From: Octopus sinensis
Taxonomy: Eukaryota
Reading direction: 5' to 3'
DNA length: 64,000 nucleotides
NCBI RefSeq assembly: GCF_006345805.1
Contig: NC_043009.1
Span: 42,780,001 to 42,844,000 of the forward strand
In this document: piece by piece, positions 36,863 to 49,014 of the stretch
Position numbering within the stretch: position 1 is the first letter of the stretch
Layout: the number at the start of each line of letters is the position of its first letter
Position numbers and translations under genes: made by a program
Notes under the pieces: model-generated
Databases searched by the model: none
What the model saw: the letters and a program-made list of their open reading frames with translations, nothing else
What the model was told of the DNA's origin: nothing

Positions 36863-38344
36863 GCAACCATCCACCCCGATCTCTCACCCACTTTGCTGCT
36901 AGTAGTACATATTTGTAATAACATGATAACAAATAGGTTTCATTCATTGAGTTCCTTGCTTACCCCAGCTTCCTTATTTCCATCTGTTGAGGTGGAAAGT
37001 ACTCACGCTCTGTCTCCCTCTCTTTCTTCTTCTTCTTCTTCTTCTTCTTCTTCTTCTTCTTCTTCTTCTTCTTCTTCTTCTTCTTCTTCTTCTTCTTCTT
37101 CTTCTTCTTCTTCTTCTTCTTTGTTTCTCCCCTCTCTCTTTCACCTTTGTGTGTACGTATATCTATCTATATGTATGTCTGTATGTATGTATGTATGTAT
37201 GTATGTATGTATGTATGTATGCATGTATGTAAGCTTGCACGTATGTATGTATATGTATGTATGTATGTATGTGTATGTATGTATGTATGTATGCATGCAT
37301 GTATGTATGCATGTATGTAAGCTTGCACGTATGTATGTATATGTATGTATGTAAGAATGTGTATACGTATGGATGAGTGTGTATGTATATATGTGTGTGT
37401 GAATACATATAAATGTATGTTTATGCCCGCGCGCACACATACATAAATACATATATACATACATACATATATATACATATATATGTATGAATATAGATAC
37501 AAACATATGTATGTGCTTATGTACGTATGCTTATGTGTGTATACATATATATGAGTGAGTGTGTGTATATACATATGTGTGTGTGTGTATATACATATGT
37601 GTGTATGCATTGTACGTGTGTGTGCGTGTGTATCGTATATGTCTAGTTGTCTATGCATGTATGTGTGTATATGTGTGTATGTTTGTGTGAGTGTGTGTAT
37701 GTGTGTGTGTGTGTGTGTGGTGTGTGTGTGTATGTGTGTGTGTGTGCGTGCGTGCGTCTTTAATACACTCAATACTTAAACGACATTCTTCACAACAGCC
37801 AGCAGAAGAAGAACGGTAAAAACAAAAGGAGATTCTTTTAGTCGAGATTTTACAGATTTGAAAAAAAAAACAACACTTTTATCTCACCGATGCACTTGTT
37901 ACAATTAGTTTTTAAAAGCAGGTACTCGTGTCCCCCATCCCACACCCATCTCTATACAGACTTGCTTAACATTACAATAACGTTCAGAAACTTTCAGTTT
38001 AACCCAGTATCTTAACCCCTTTTTGTCTGCAACATCCCTTAATTTTTTAATAATTGCTTCTCTTATCAGTGAAAAAAGCTTTCCAGTGTGTTTTGGATCC
38101 CCCTTAAAAGCTTGTAATACAAGGAATGCGGAAATGTGTATGAGAGAGAGAGAGGGGCAGAGAGAGACAGAGGCGAGTATGACTCACGTTGATGGGCTAA
38201 CGTTCAACATGCGTCTCATCAATAGACTGGATAACAGCTGGAAGAAAGTATCCACTTTAATCGTGGATCTATTGGAGATGTCCTTTATTGAACCGATCTG
38301 CTGTTGGCATCTCTCATTTGAAATTTAGTTTTCTTGCTTGTTAT

Positions 38345-38800
38345 TGTTGTTTTCATAATTTGGTTTGGCTTGGCTTCATGTTCTTGTTTCATGGGCTAAG
38401 GTCATTCCAAGTTCGTGGTCGGTCCCAGAAGCGTTATCATGCGTAGGGCCGACCAAGTCCGCCAGTGCTTGCCATCGCTGCTGGTCCTGCACCAGCCCCT
38501 CTTCATCCTCCCAGGTGACGGCGAGCCACTGAACATCTTTTCTAATCACGTTCTGCCACCTGATACGGGGCCTTCTGCGAGCCCTCTCCCAGGCCGCAGC
38601 TGCTGCGTCGTATCAGAGTAAACCTCTTGGTAGAATGATCTAGCGGGTGATGGAGAAGATGTCTGTACTAACACATGCGACGGATAGCTATGAGGTGGGA
38701 GGCTGCGTGCGAGCACATAGTTCTTGGTTGGAAACGTGATGGTACCATGTAATGTTCTCGTCTGTTCTCAGGGATCTGCTATCGAAGCCCTCGCCCCTCT
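38345..38800 (-). mobile_element. RTE-clade LINE 3' fragment (frameshifted C-terminus plus tail)
   Basis: Minus strand reads ITWYHHVSNQELCARTQ and RRPRIRWQNVIRKDVQWLAVTWEDEEGLVQDQQRWQALADL, the RTE C-terminal R.rW.d.i..D...W...aqDR..Wr pattern; short ccaag-repeat tail. Confidence 0.8.
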
Positions 38801-38914
38801 TTGGCATATAAATTTCCACTGCCTTCATAACTTGTCCTGTCATGCTCTTTTATTCCTATACCAAAACGTAATTAAAGAAATAATTATCGTCATTCGTATT
38901 ATTAAGACGGCAGA

Positions 38915-39270
38915 AGGCGGCTAACTAGTAGAATCGTTAGCACACCGGACGAAATGCTTTGCAGTATTTCGTCTGGTATTATATTCTGAGTTCAAATTCA
39001 GCTGGGGTCAACTTTGCCATTCATCCTTTCGGGGTTGATAAAATAAGGACCAGTCAGGTAATTGATGTAATCAACTTACCCCCTCCCCCGAACTTGCTGG
39101 CCTTGTGCCAAAATTTGAAACAATTATTAAGACGGTGAGCTGGTAGACTCGTTAGCACGCCGGACAAAATGCTTGACAGCATTGCTTCGTGCCCTTTTCG
39201 TTCTGTGGCCAAATTTCTCCGAGGCTGACTTTGCCTTGCATCCTTTCGGGTCGATAAAATAATTACCAGG
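38915..39270 (+). mobile_element. two adjacent family-N SINEs (tail-C copy, then a 3'-truncated copy abutting the PLE)
   Basis: Two heads (38925, 39130) and cores. Confidence 0.8.
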
Positions 39271-40189
39271 GCGTGATGCTAATAACACGCAAACATATTT
39301 CTCCTCATGCATTTTGAGTATTGAAAGTGTATCAGATTCAGAATATTTTCTGAGAATATGCTCTTTCAAGTCTTTTTAAAAATTGCAGCCGCTTGATGTT
39401 CGGCAAGTTCTGTCGAACTACTGTTATTGCGCCTGACATCATACTTGTGCCCATTAAATATTTTGTTTAATTGTTCTGTTGTACAACCAACATAAATCAA
39501 GTTGTGTTTCGTGCATTCTGCTACGCACACCAAATGGGAATCTCTACATGTCCCACCTTCTATATAGATCATAATATTTCTGTTATGATTCTTGATGGAA
39601 GTCACTTGAATCATATTGTCGTACAATGAACAGGGCTTACCTCACTTGCAGCTGTTTTTCAAGGTACAGCGTGCAGATATTCCAATGTTCGTTTTCTTGG
39701 AGTCAGAAGTAGAGGTTAATAGTTCTATTATATTCTTTTCCCGTCTAAAGGCTACAATAGATGGCTGAGGAAATATCTGTTTGAAACGATGATATTTTCC
39801 CGCAACATGCTGATAACTTTCATGCAACACTTTTGAAATGCCAGCGATATGTGACAAAGGAATTTTGTCACATATTGTATTGTGTCAGCTAAAATTATGC
39901 GTGAAGGTTTGGCTTTCTTTGCTAATCGCGATTCTCTGTAACCGCGTTTGACATAATGGTGTACAGAAGCATTTGCATGTTTCCAATAATCCTCAACGTC
40001 AGATTGAAAAAAACTTTTGAAAAAGACTTGAAAGTGCATATTCTCAGAAAATATTCTGAATCTGATACACTTTCAATACTTAAAATGCATGAGGGGAAAT
40101 ATGTTTTCAGGGTATTAACATTATGCCCTGGAGGAATGAATAAGATGACAGAAAAATTTCATCAAATTTACACAGAACAGTTTGATTAA
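39266..40189 (-). mobile_element. Penelope-like retroelement relic: RT thumb/linker plus GIY-YIG endonuclease, with an inverted copy of the 3' end at its 5' boundary
   Basis: Broken frames give HYVKRGY, KQIFPQPSIVAFRREKNIIELL, RCTLKNSCK and GGTCRDSHLVCVAECTKHNLIYVGCTTEQLNKIFNGH (GIY-YIG); the + strand 40015-40189 repeats KDLKVHILRKYSESDTLSILKMHE..YV and continues LTLCPGGMN. Confidence 0.88.
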
Positions 40190-40652
40190 ATATTCTTCTC
40201 CTTTTTCCATTTCTTTTTTTCTTTCCTTTTCTCTTTTTTCTTTCTTTTTCTTTTCGCCAGTTATAAAATTGAAACTTCAAGACTGATGATGTCATTCCAT
40301 CAGCGTGTGGGACGTTGGTTGCTCTCATTCATATTTTAGATTTGTATTTCTATAAGTTTCAATTTTTATCACTTTTCATTTCGAACTCGACAAGCACAGG
40401 CTTGCTGTCGAAATATCGTTCAACCAATAGAACGTCTATTGCAATAGCATCGCGCTCTGCCTCTTGTCTATTATTATTGTTGTTGTTGTTGTTGTTGATG
40501 ATGATGATGATGATGATGATGATAATGATGATGCTGTTGTTGTTATACGTTTGACTTTTGCTTTGTAATAGTACAAGTTGGCTCCAAGTCTCACCCAGAG
40601 ATATCAAGAGACAACAAGTTAGAAGTTCATGTTGGTGTTATGCCTAGGGTTA

Positions 40653-40710
<58 letters not shown>

Positions 40711-40864
40711 ATTATTATTAATGTTATTATTATTAATATTCTTATTATTATTATCATCATCATCGTCATTATTATTATTATTATTATTATATTATTATTA
40801 TTTTATTATTATTATATTAATGTTATTATTATTAATATTCTTATTATTATTATCATCATCATCG

Positions 40865-40906
<42 letters not shown>

Positions 40907-40944
40907 TATTATTATTATTATTATTATTATATTGCTGTGATAAG

Positions 40945-41680
40945 CAGGCAAAAACTGTTAGCACGCCGTTCTTTACGTTTCTGAGTTTAAATTCTGTCAT
41001 GGTTGACTTTGCCCTTCTTCCTTTCGAGGTCGATGACATAAGTATCAGCCAAGTACTGGAGTCGACGTAATTGACTTCCCCATCCCTCAAAATCTGCCGG
41101 CACTGTGCCAAAATTTGAAATCATTGTTGTTTTGGAATTTTGCTTGTTTTTTCCAGTACTATTTTATCGATTTTTCGGATTTCCATAAACGTGCAAAGCA
41201 CCTGTCTAAGTGAGGGTTTAGTCACATCTCACTTGAGAGTGAGGTCTTTATTTTAGTTTTCATACAACTTTTACGCCACTTCAAATCAACGTGCCTGCAT
41301 ATGTGCACGCATGCGTATTTGTGCATGCATGTGTTCATCGTGAGTATGTGTGAATGTAAGAGTTAGGCAATTTAAACACTCGATGAATAGGGAACGATAA
41401 AATTGGTACCAGTCCGAAACAATTCAATAAATGAGGTTAATATCATTAACTAAAGCGGCTTATTGGCAGAATCGTTAACACGTCAGGCAAAATGTTTAGC
41501 GGCGTTTCGTCCGTCATTGCGTTCTGAGTTCAAATTCCGCCGAGGTCAACTTTGCCTTTCATCTTTTTTAGGTTCGATAAAATAAGTATCAGTTGAGTAC
41601 TAGGATCGATGTAATCAACTTAAACCCCTCCCCTCGCCCCGAAAAAAATTTCAGGCCTTGTGCCTATAGTATAAAGGATT
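40945..41680 (+). mobile_element. two older family-N SINEs (about 40945-41120 tail C; about 41453-41680 tail B)
   Basis: Core and tail matches. Confidence 0.75.
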
Positions 41681-41704
41681 TGTTATTATTATTGCTGTGT
41701 TCCT

Positions 41705-42505
41705 AAGGCTGTGAGCTGACAGAATCGTTAGCACGCCAGGCGAAATGCGTAGCCGTATTTCGTCCACCGCTACGTTCAGAGTTCAAATTCCGCCGAGGTC
41801 AACTTTGCCTTTCATCCTTTCGGGGTCGATTAAATAAGTACCAGTTACGCACTGGGGTCGATATAATCGACTTAATCCGTTTGTCTGTCCTTGTTTGTTC
41901 CCTCTGTGTTTAGCCCCTTGCGGGTAGTAAAGAAATAGGTATTTCGTCCGTCTTTACGTTCTGAGTTCAAATTCCGCCGAGGTCGACTTTGCCTGTCATC
42001 CTTTCGGGGTCGATAAATTAAATACCAGTTACGCACTGGGGTCGATGCAATTGACTTAATCTGTTTGTCTGTCCTTGTTTGTTCCCTCTGTGTTTAGCCC
42101 CTTGCGGGTAGTAAAGAAATAGGTATTTCGTCCGTCTATACGTTCTGAGTTCAAATTCCGCCGAGGTCGACTTTGCCTTTCATCCTTTCGGGGTAGATTA
42201 AATAAGTACCAGTTACGCACTGGGGTCGATGTTATAGACTTAATCCGTTTGTCTGTCCTTGTTACTCCCCTCTATGTTTAGCCCCTTGTGGGCAATAAAG
42301 AAATAGGAAGCGTTAGCACTCCGGCCAAAATGCTTAGTGACATTTCGTTCGTCTTTTCGTTCTGAGATCCAATTCTGCCGAGGCCAGCTTTGCGTTTCAT
42401 CCTTTCGAGATCGATAAAATAAGTACCAGTTGAGTACTGGAGTCAATGTAATCGACTTACCTCCTCCCTTAAAATTGCTCACCTAGTGCCAAAATTTGAA
42501 ATCGT
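41705..42505 (+). mobile_element. family-N SINE tetramer (junctions 41939, 42123, 42308; terminal tail C)
   Basis: Four cores, one full head, 184-bp period. Confidence 0.92.
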
Positions 42506-43044
42506 TATTATTGACTAGCAGATCATACTATAAGACAGCAGTGCATAAATGCCTGAAACCAATTAAAATTCTTTATTCAAAAGAATTCAAAAGAATAAAA
42601 TAATTGCACTACTTTACAAAAATTTCTCCTTCATTCTTCTTTTCTTCATTCATCTTTGCTCGCCATTATTTTCCATATTTTCCATGTACACCCCTGAGAG
42701 GAATCATTTGATGGTGCAGAACGCCCTGAGAGAAAATACGAGAGAGGAGCGTTTTTGCTGAGACTCTGTCAAGAAAATTACGCCATTTACAGGCAACAGC
42801 ACGCAGAGAAACTATGATGGCTACATTGCTTTTCTAACGAAAGTTAAATATCAGTAGTCGGCTTCCTTTAAATCCTAGTAGCTTAAGGGTTTTTAAGTGC
42901 TATTGAAATAAAGATCTGTCTTTTGAGTTAGATGCGGCTAAAACTTTATTCATTGTTAACATCTTAACTAGATACGTACGTATTATATGTGTCTATGTAA
43001 GCTCGAACAATCGACATTTGAGTAAACTATCATATTTGTGTATT

Positions 43045-43082
<38 letters not shown>

Positions 43083-43252
43083 TGTATATGTGTGTGTATG
43101 CATGTGTGTATAATTAATTTTACAGATGTACAAACAAACAACAGTTGTTACTAAATACTTAGCACCAAATGTAAAGTAAGAAATCAAACAAAGAATAAAT
43201 GCTGCGCAAATTCAAGAATTACCATTCTACAATAGTTTTCTTCATTCGAATT

Positions 43253-43321
<69 letters not shown>

Positions 43322-43501
43322 GTAAAATATATGTGCGTATATACTAAATATGTGCTTGTATGAATATATTTTTATATATATATCTATACATATGTACATA
43401 AATGTGTATACGTACATATACACATACAGTATGTACGTGTATATACATATATACATATATACATATATACATATATATATATTATATATGTATGTATGTG
43501 C

Positions 43502-43655
<154 letters not shown>

Positions 43656-44432
43656 CTGAATGGATGGATGGCTTGATAGATGGAGGGATACATATATATA
43701 ATACATATATGTATATATATACAGACACATATACACATATATACTTACACACACATATATAGGTGATATATTCACATATACACATGCATATGAGTGCATA
43801 AACAAGATATATGTGATGCATGCATATATGTGTATGTGTATATAAATATACACAGATGCGTGCATACATACACATACATACATACATACATAATACATAC
43901 ATACATACATACATACATACATACATACATAATACATACATACATACATACATACATACATACATACATACAAAACATACATACACACACATACATATGT
44001 ATATTGTTGGATGTAAAGAAAGAAATCAATGTGTAAAGAGAATTAACAATTCTTTGAAAAATTCTTCCACCAATTAAATGCCATATCAGATTGCTGTGAG
44101 TGCTTGTTTCGGTTTAGACAAAGGGTGTTTTTGTGCCGGCTGAGAGCAATGAAAACAAACAACAACAGGGCATAAACAAACAAACAAACAAACAAAACAC
44201 AAAAGAAGGCAGATTATATATGAAGGAATTGAGAAAGAAGAAATGGTAAAGAGAAAAAAAATGGTAAAAAAAAATACAGTAAAGCACCAGTGACCAAGAA
44301 GAAATATCAGGAAGTTGAGAGAAAAAATGAAACTGCGTTGGATTCAGTGTGTTGTTTCAAAACCAAAGAAGGAATACAATGCTAATGCTATTATACAAAC
44401 ATAATGGTAAAAAGAATCAGCCTTTCCGTTAG

Positions 44433-44605
44433 TCACGTAGTCAACTATCCAATCAAATCGTCCGTCAGACAACCAGCGGTTATTGTACACAGTTCTTTGA
44501 GACAAAAACCTGCCTTCATGAAATGGATATTCTTCAAGAGGCAAGTAGGGCAGCAACAGATAAGGATGCGAAACAAGCTCTTGTGATGTTGCTTGTGATG
44601 GAAAG
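44433..44605 (+). CDS. candidate internal exon SRSQLSNQIVRQTTSGYCTQFFETKTCLHEMDILQEASRAATDKDAKQALVMLLVME (phase 0 to 2)
   Basis: Acceptor cagcctttccgttag|, donor AAG|gtctgt, open frame in non-repetitive DNA; a competing minus-strand frame (44344-44619) is also open; no homologue recognised. Confidence 0.33.
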
Positions 44606-44938
44606 GTCTGTACGCTCACAACTTCTGTTTCACCCTTTCCTAGACATCCGTGTTTTTTTCCCTACCGAACCGTACTTCTCCTTTAAGCGAACGCAATTGA
44701 ACCATGTTAATTCCACTCCTTAAAGGAAGCGGTGGAAAGAGAAAGATGATGATGATGATGATGAGATGGAGGAGGAGGAGGAAGAAGAGGAGGAGGCAGA
44801 AGAGGAGGAGAGGAGGTAAAGGACGACGACGACGAAGAGTAGAAAGAGTGTTTGTTTCTTTGGTCAAATAAACAACACTAACAACAACAACAACAGAGTG
44901 ACTGTATGTGTATAAGCATATGTTTATGTACATACATA

Positions 44939-45330
44939 GGCGCATGCGTGCCTGTGTGGTTAGAAGCTTGCTTCCCGAGCACATGGTTTCGGGTTCATTT
45001 CCACAGCGTGACATCTTAGGCAGGTGTCTTCTGCTATAGCCCCGGGCCGACAAAAGCCTTGTGAGTGGATTTGGTAGACGGAAACTGAAAGAAACGCGTC
45101 GTACATACGTGTGTGTGTGCGTCCGTGTGTGTGTGTGTGTGTGTCTGTGTGTTTGTATTTGATCCCCAACATCGCTTGACACTCGTTGTTGGTGTGTTTA
45201 CGTCCCCGTGACTTAGCGGTTTGACAAAGGAAACGCGATAGAATAAGTACTAGGCTTGCAAAGAATAAGCACTGGAGACGATTTCATCAATAACAAAAAA
45301 ATCCTTTAAGGCTGTGCTCCATCCACCACA
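44939..45330 (+). mobile_element. family-C SINE, diverged full length
   Basis: Colinear with the other family-C copies. Confidence 0.8.
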
Positions 45331-45800
45331 TATGATAGACTGGCGGTGGCACGTCGCGAAAGCTACGTTGTTATCCTCATTCCATAAACGGTGGCTTTTA
45401 ACGGGTGGAGAGCTGAACCATCCTGGGGTACAGAGGATTCGCAATCTTGACTTGGGTCTAAAAGTTTACCACACCATAGTGGGTTACACCATAGTTTCTC
45501 TGCTTTGTGACAGAAGTAGGAAGAAAGAGTGGGAGAAAGTTGTGGTGAAAGAGTACAGTATGGTTCACCCCCCACCCCACCCCCGCCGGAGCCTCGGGGA
45601 GCTTAGGTGTTTTTGCTCAATAAACACTCACAATGCCCGGTCTGGGAATCGAATCTGCATCCTTACGACCGTGAGTCCGCTGCCCTAACCTCTGGGCCAT
45701 TGCGCCTCCACATCACCTGCTGTTTCCTTGAGCAAGGCATTTCATTTCATTTTGCTTCAGTGTTTTCAGTTGAAATTTGTACCATCCGAGTAATGTCACA

Positions 45801-45846
<46 letters not shown>

Positions 45847-46003
45847 GTCTATCCTCTCTCTTTCTCTATCTCTCTCACTTTCTCCAGACGTCACGTCATG
45901 AATATTCCACTGGATCAACCCGGAAAGCTCCAATGCTTGTCTAAGTCTGCTTGCCACAATATAAGTACCTAAAACGATTAGTAATAACATGGTACATGTT
46001 ACC

Positions 46004-46237
46004 TATTTCTTTACTACCCACAAGGGGCTAAACACAGAGGGGACAAACAAGGACAGACGAACGGATTAAGTCGATTACATCGACCCCAGTGCGTAACTGG
46101 TGCTTAATTTATCGACCTCGAAAGGATGAAAGGCAAAGTTGACCTCGGCAGAATTTGAACTCACAACGTAACGACAGACGAAATACGGCTATGCATTTCG
46201 CCCGGCGTGCTAACCACTCTGCCAGCTCGCCGCCTTA
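46004..46237 (-). mobile_element. family-N SINE, full-length tail-A monomer with 18-bp TSD
   Basis: aacatggtacatgttacc at 45986-46003 and 46238-46255. Confidence 0.95.
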
Positions 46238-46261
46238 AACATGGTACATGTTACCAACTGA

Positions 46262-46530
46262 TGCATGGCCATGATTTCACTTAGCTTAATGCGTTCTTCT
46301 CGAGCACAACTCGCTAAAAGTCTCGGTCCCTTGTCATCTTCTCTGTGAATTTCAAGATCCTAAGATCATTTCTCACCACAATGCCCACGTCTTCCTGGGT
46401 TTACCCCTTACACAGGTTCCCACCAGAATTAGAGCTTCTTTATGCTGCTGTCCTCATCCATACACATCGCACGGCCATACTAGCAGTCTTCTCTTTTCCA
46501 CACTACATTCTGATATCTCTCATACCCGTA
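46262..46530 (-). mobile_element. RTE-like LINE 3' fragment
   Basis: Minus strand reads roughly VVRNDLRILKFTEKMTRDRD, resembling the RTE C-terminus; degraded. Confidence 0.55.
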
Positions 46531-46539
46531 TTATTATTA

Positions 46540-47108
46540 ACTGGCAGAACCGTTAGCAGGTCGGGAAAAATGCTTAGCGGCATTTCGTCTATCTTTACGT
46601 TCTGAGTTCAAATTCCGCCGAGGTCGACTTTGCCTTTCATCCTTTCGGGGTCCGTTAAATAAGTACCAGTTACGCACTGGGGTCGATATAATCGATTTAA
46701 TCCGTTTGTCCTTGTTTGTCCCTTCTGTGTTTAGCCCCTTGTGGGTAGTAAAGAAATAGGTATTTCGTCTGCCGCTACGTTCTGAGTTCAAATTCCGCCG
46801 AGGTCGACTTTGCCTTTCATCCTTTCGGGGTCCATTAAATAAGTACCAGTTACGCACTGGGGTCGATATAATCGACTCAGTCTGTTTGTCTGTCTGTGTT
46901 TGTCCTCTCTGTGTTTATCCCCTTGTGGGTAGTAAAGAAATAGGTATTTCGTCTGCCGCTACGTTCTGAGTTCAAATTCAGCCGAGATCAGGTTTTCCTT
47001 TCATTCTTTCGGGCTCGATAAAATAAGTGCCAGTTGCGTACTGGGGTCGATCTAATCGACTGGCCCCCTCCCCCAAAATTTCCGGCCTTGTGCCTAGAGT
47101 AGAAAGGA
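46540..47108 (+). mobile_element. family-N SINE trimer (junctions 46760, 46944; terminal tail B)
   Basis: Three cores, 184-bp period. Confidence 0.9.
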
Positions 47109-47610
47109 TTATTATAAATTATACCCAGGAATTTTTTGGTCTTGTGCCTATGTTGAAAATAATTATTTATAACTGCGCTTCCATCTCCTTAAAGACAACC
47201 TTTGGATTAATCACTCCCATCACGTGACCAGCTGTAAGGCCTCACAGAGAGCTTAACATTGTGTTTCTGTTTCTTAATTTATTTCTACATTTATAATTGG
47301 AGAAGAATTTGGAAGGCAAAGGTGTCAAAGACTATATTTACTCATCAAAAAAACTCCTGTATGTTTTTAAACAATTAGGGTTCTTTGTTTATTTACTTAT
47401 TTTGTCTGCAACAACATTTACACCAGTTTTAAGTCAATACTTCTTTGCCATCTTGGTTCCTACAGAGAGAAAAAGACTATTTTTTTTGTTTTGTTTACAA
47501 TCTCTTCGTTTACACATTGCTAAAATTCCAAAATTTAAGGTCAAGCCCTGTTCTTCTGGGGTTAATAGAGGGTCAAAATGCTAATTTTGTACAAATTATT
47601 ATTATTATTA

Positions 47611-47649
<39 letters not shown>

Positions 47650-47668
47650 CATCATCATCATCATCATC

Positions 47669-47730
<62 letters not shown>

Positions 47731-47943
47731 AAAGGCAGCGAGCTGGCAGAATCGTTTAACAAGCCGGGCGAAATGTTTAAGCGTATTTTGTCTGCAGCTA
47801 CCTCCTGAGTTCAAATTCTGCCGAGATCGACTTTGCCTTTCATCCTTTCGGGGGTTCGTAAATCAAGCACCAGTGAAACATTGGGGTCGATGTAATTAGT
47901 CCCCTCACCCAAAATTTCAGGCCTTGTGCCAATAGTAGAAAGG

Positions 47944-47945
<2 letters not shown>
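47731..47945 (+). mobile_element. family-N SINE, tail B running into (ATT)n
   Basis: aaggcagcgagctggcag head; gtagaaaggattattatt end. Confidence 0.85.
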
Positions 47946-48027
<82 letters not shown>

Positions 48028-48581
48028 GAGTGAGAGCGTAGTGCATGCCATTAAAGTGACACTGGGGTAAAATATACGAAGCCCAGTATACCCATCATGA
48101 CTACCCGTCTGATAAGGGTACACCAGGCACAGGCATCACAACCATATGTACGTGACATGGAGTCTCATATCAACATAAACGGCACATGACCTTGCAGGTG
48201 GGGCCCAGTTACAAATTTTCTTCTGGTCGAGTAACCCATCCCGCTCAAAAGGTTCCTGAATAAGGGTTGTTTAAGGATGTTGAATGAAACACCCATGTTT
48301 CCAGAGGTGAATTATTCAAACTCCAAAGAATCCCTCTCAACACATGGCTATGATGCTCCCCCACTACTTCTGCTCGTGATCAGAGATGCACATATCGTCA
48401 GCCACTAAGGGACATGCTCAACTGGTTAAGGTCAAACAACTGACAAGCAAATCTGTGGTATTGAGCAGAATATTTGCTGTAGCCCATCTTTTATACCAAG
48501 ACAAAACAATGTACATGATAACACTTCCAATCAGTTAAGATCAGAAGCCACGAGAGCAGCTGCCTGGTACTGCATCAGGGC
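48028..48581 (-). mobile_element. about 550-bp non-coding dispersed repeat embedded in (TAA)n; orientation inferred from the (AAT)n run at the presumed 3' end
   Basis: Second partial copy at 13735-13905; flanked by (TTA)n on the left and (AAT)n on the right. Confidence 0.65.
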
Positions 48582-48653
<72 letters not shown>

Positions 48654-48686
48654 TATTATTATTATTATATTATATTATTATTATAG

Positions 48687-48995
48687 ACATCGCATAGAAT
48701 ACAATATCGTGAGGTTGTTGATTGAAGATATTGTGTCTGTCTACCGGGGTTTGTACTGTTTGTCAAGTTACAACAAGGACCTCAGACAAATAGTACTTTA
48801 CGCAATATGCGTGAAGTTCCAAGTAATGCCAATTTTTGAAATACATTTAGATTGTAAGGTATTTCTAAAGTTTTCAGATGTTTTTTCAGATCGGATGGTA
48901 TTGAACCCAATGCTCCGATGACAATAGGGATAACCTTTATGTTCGACTCTCGTAGCTGCCCCATCTTAGCGATCTCAATTCTCAGGTCTCCATGT
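48687..48995 (-). mobile_element. R4/Dong-type non-LTR retrotransposon 3' end (restriction-like endonuclease C-terminus, 3' UTR, TAA-repeat flank)
   Basis: DLRIEIAKMGQL...KVIPIVIGALGSIP...LQ-like FQKLALLGTSRILRKVL matches the REL-domain C-terminal pattern. Confidence 0.85.
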
Positions 48996-49014
48996 GTGTA
49001 AATGAATACACATA

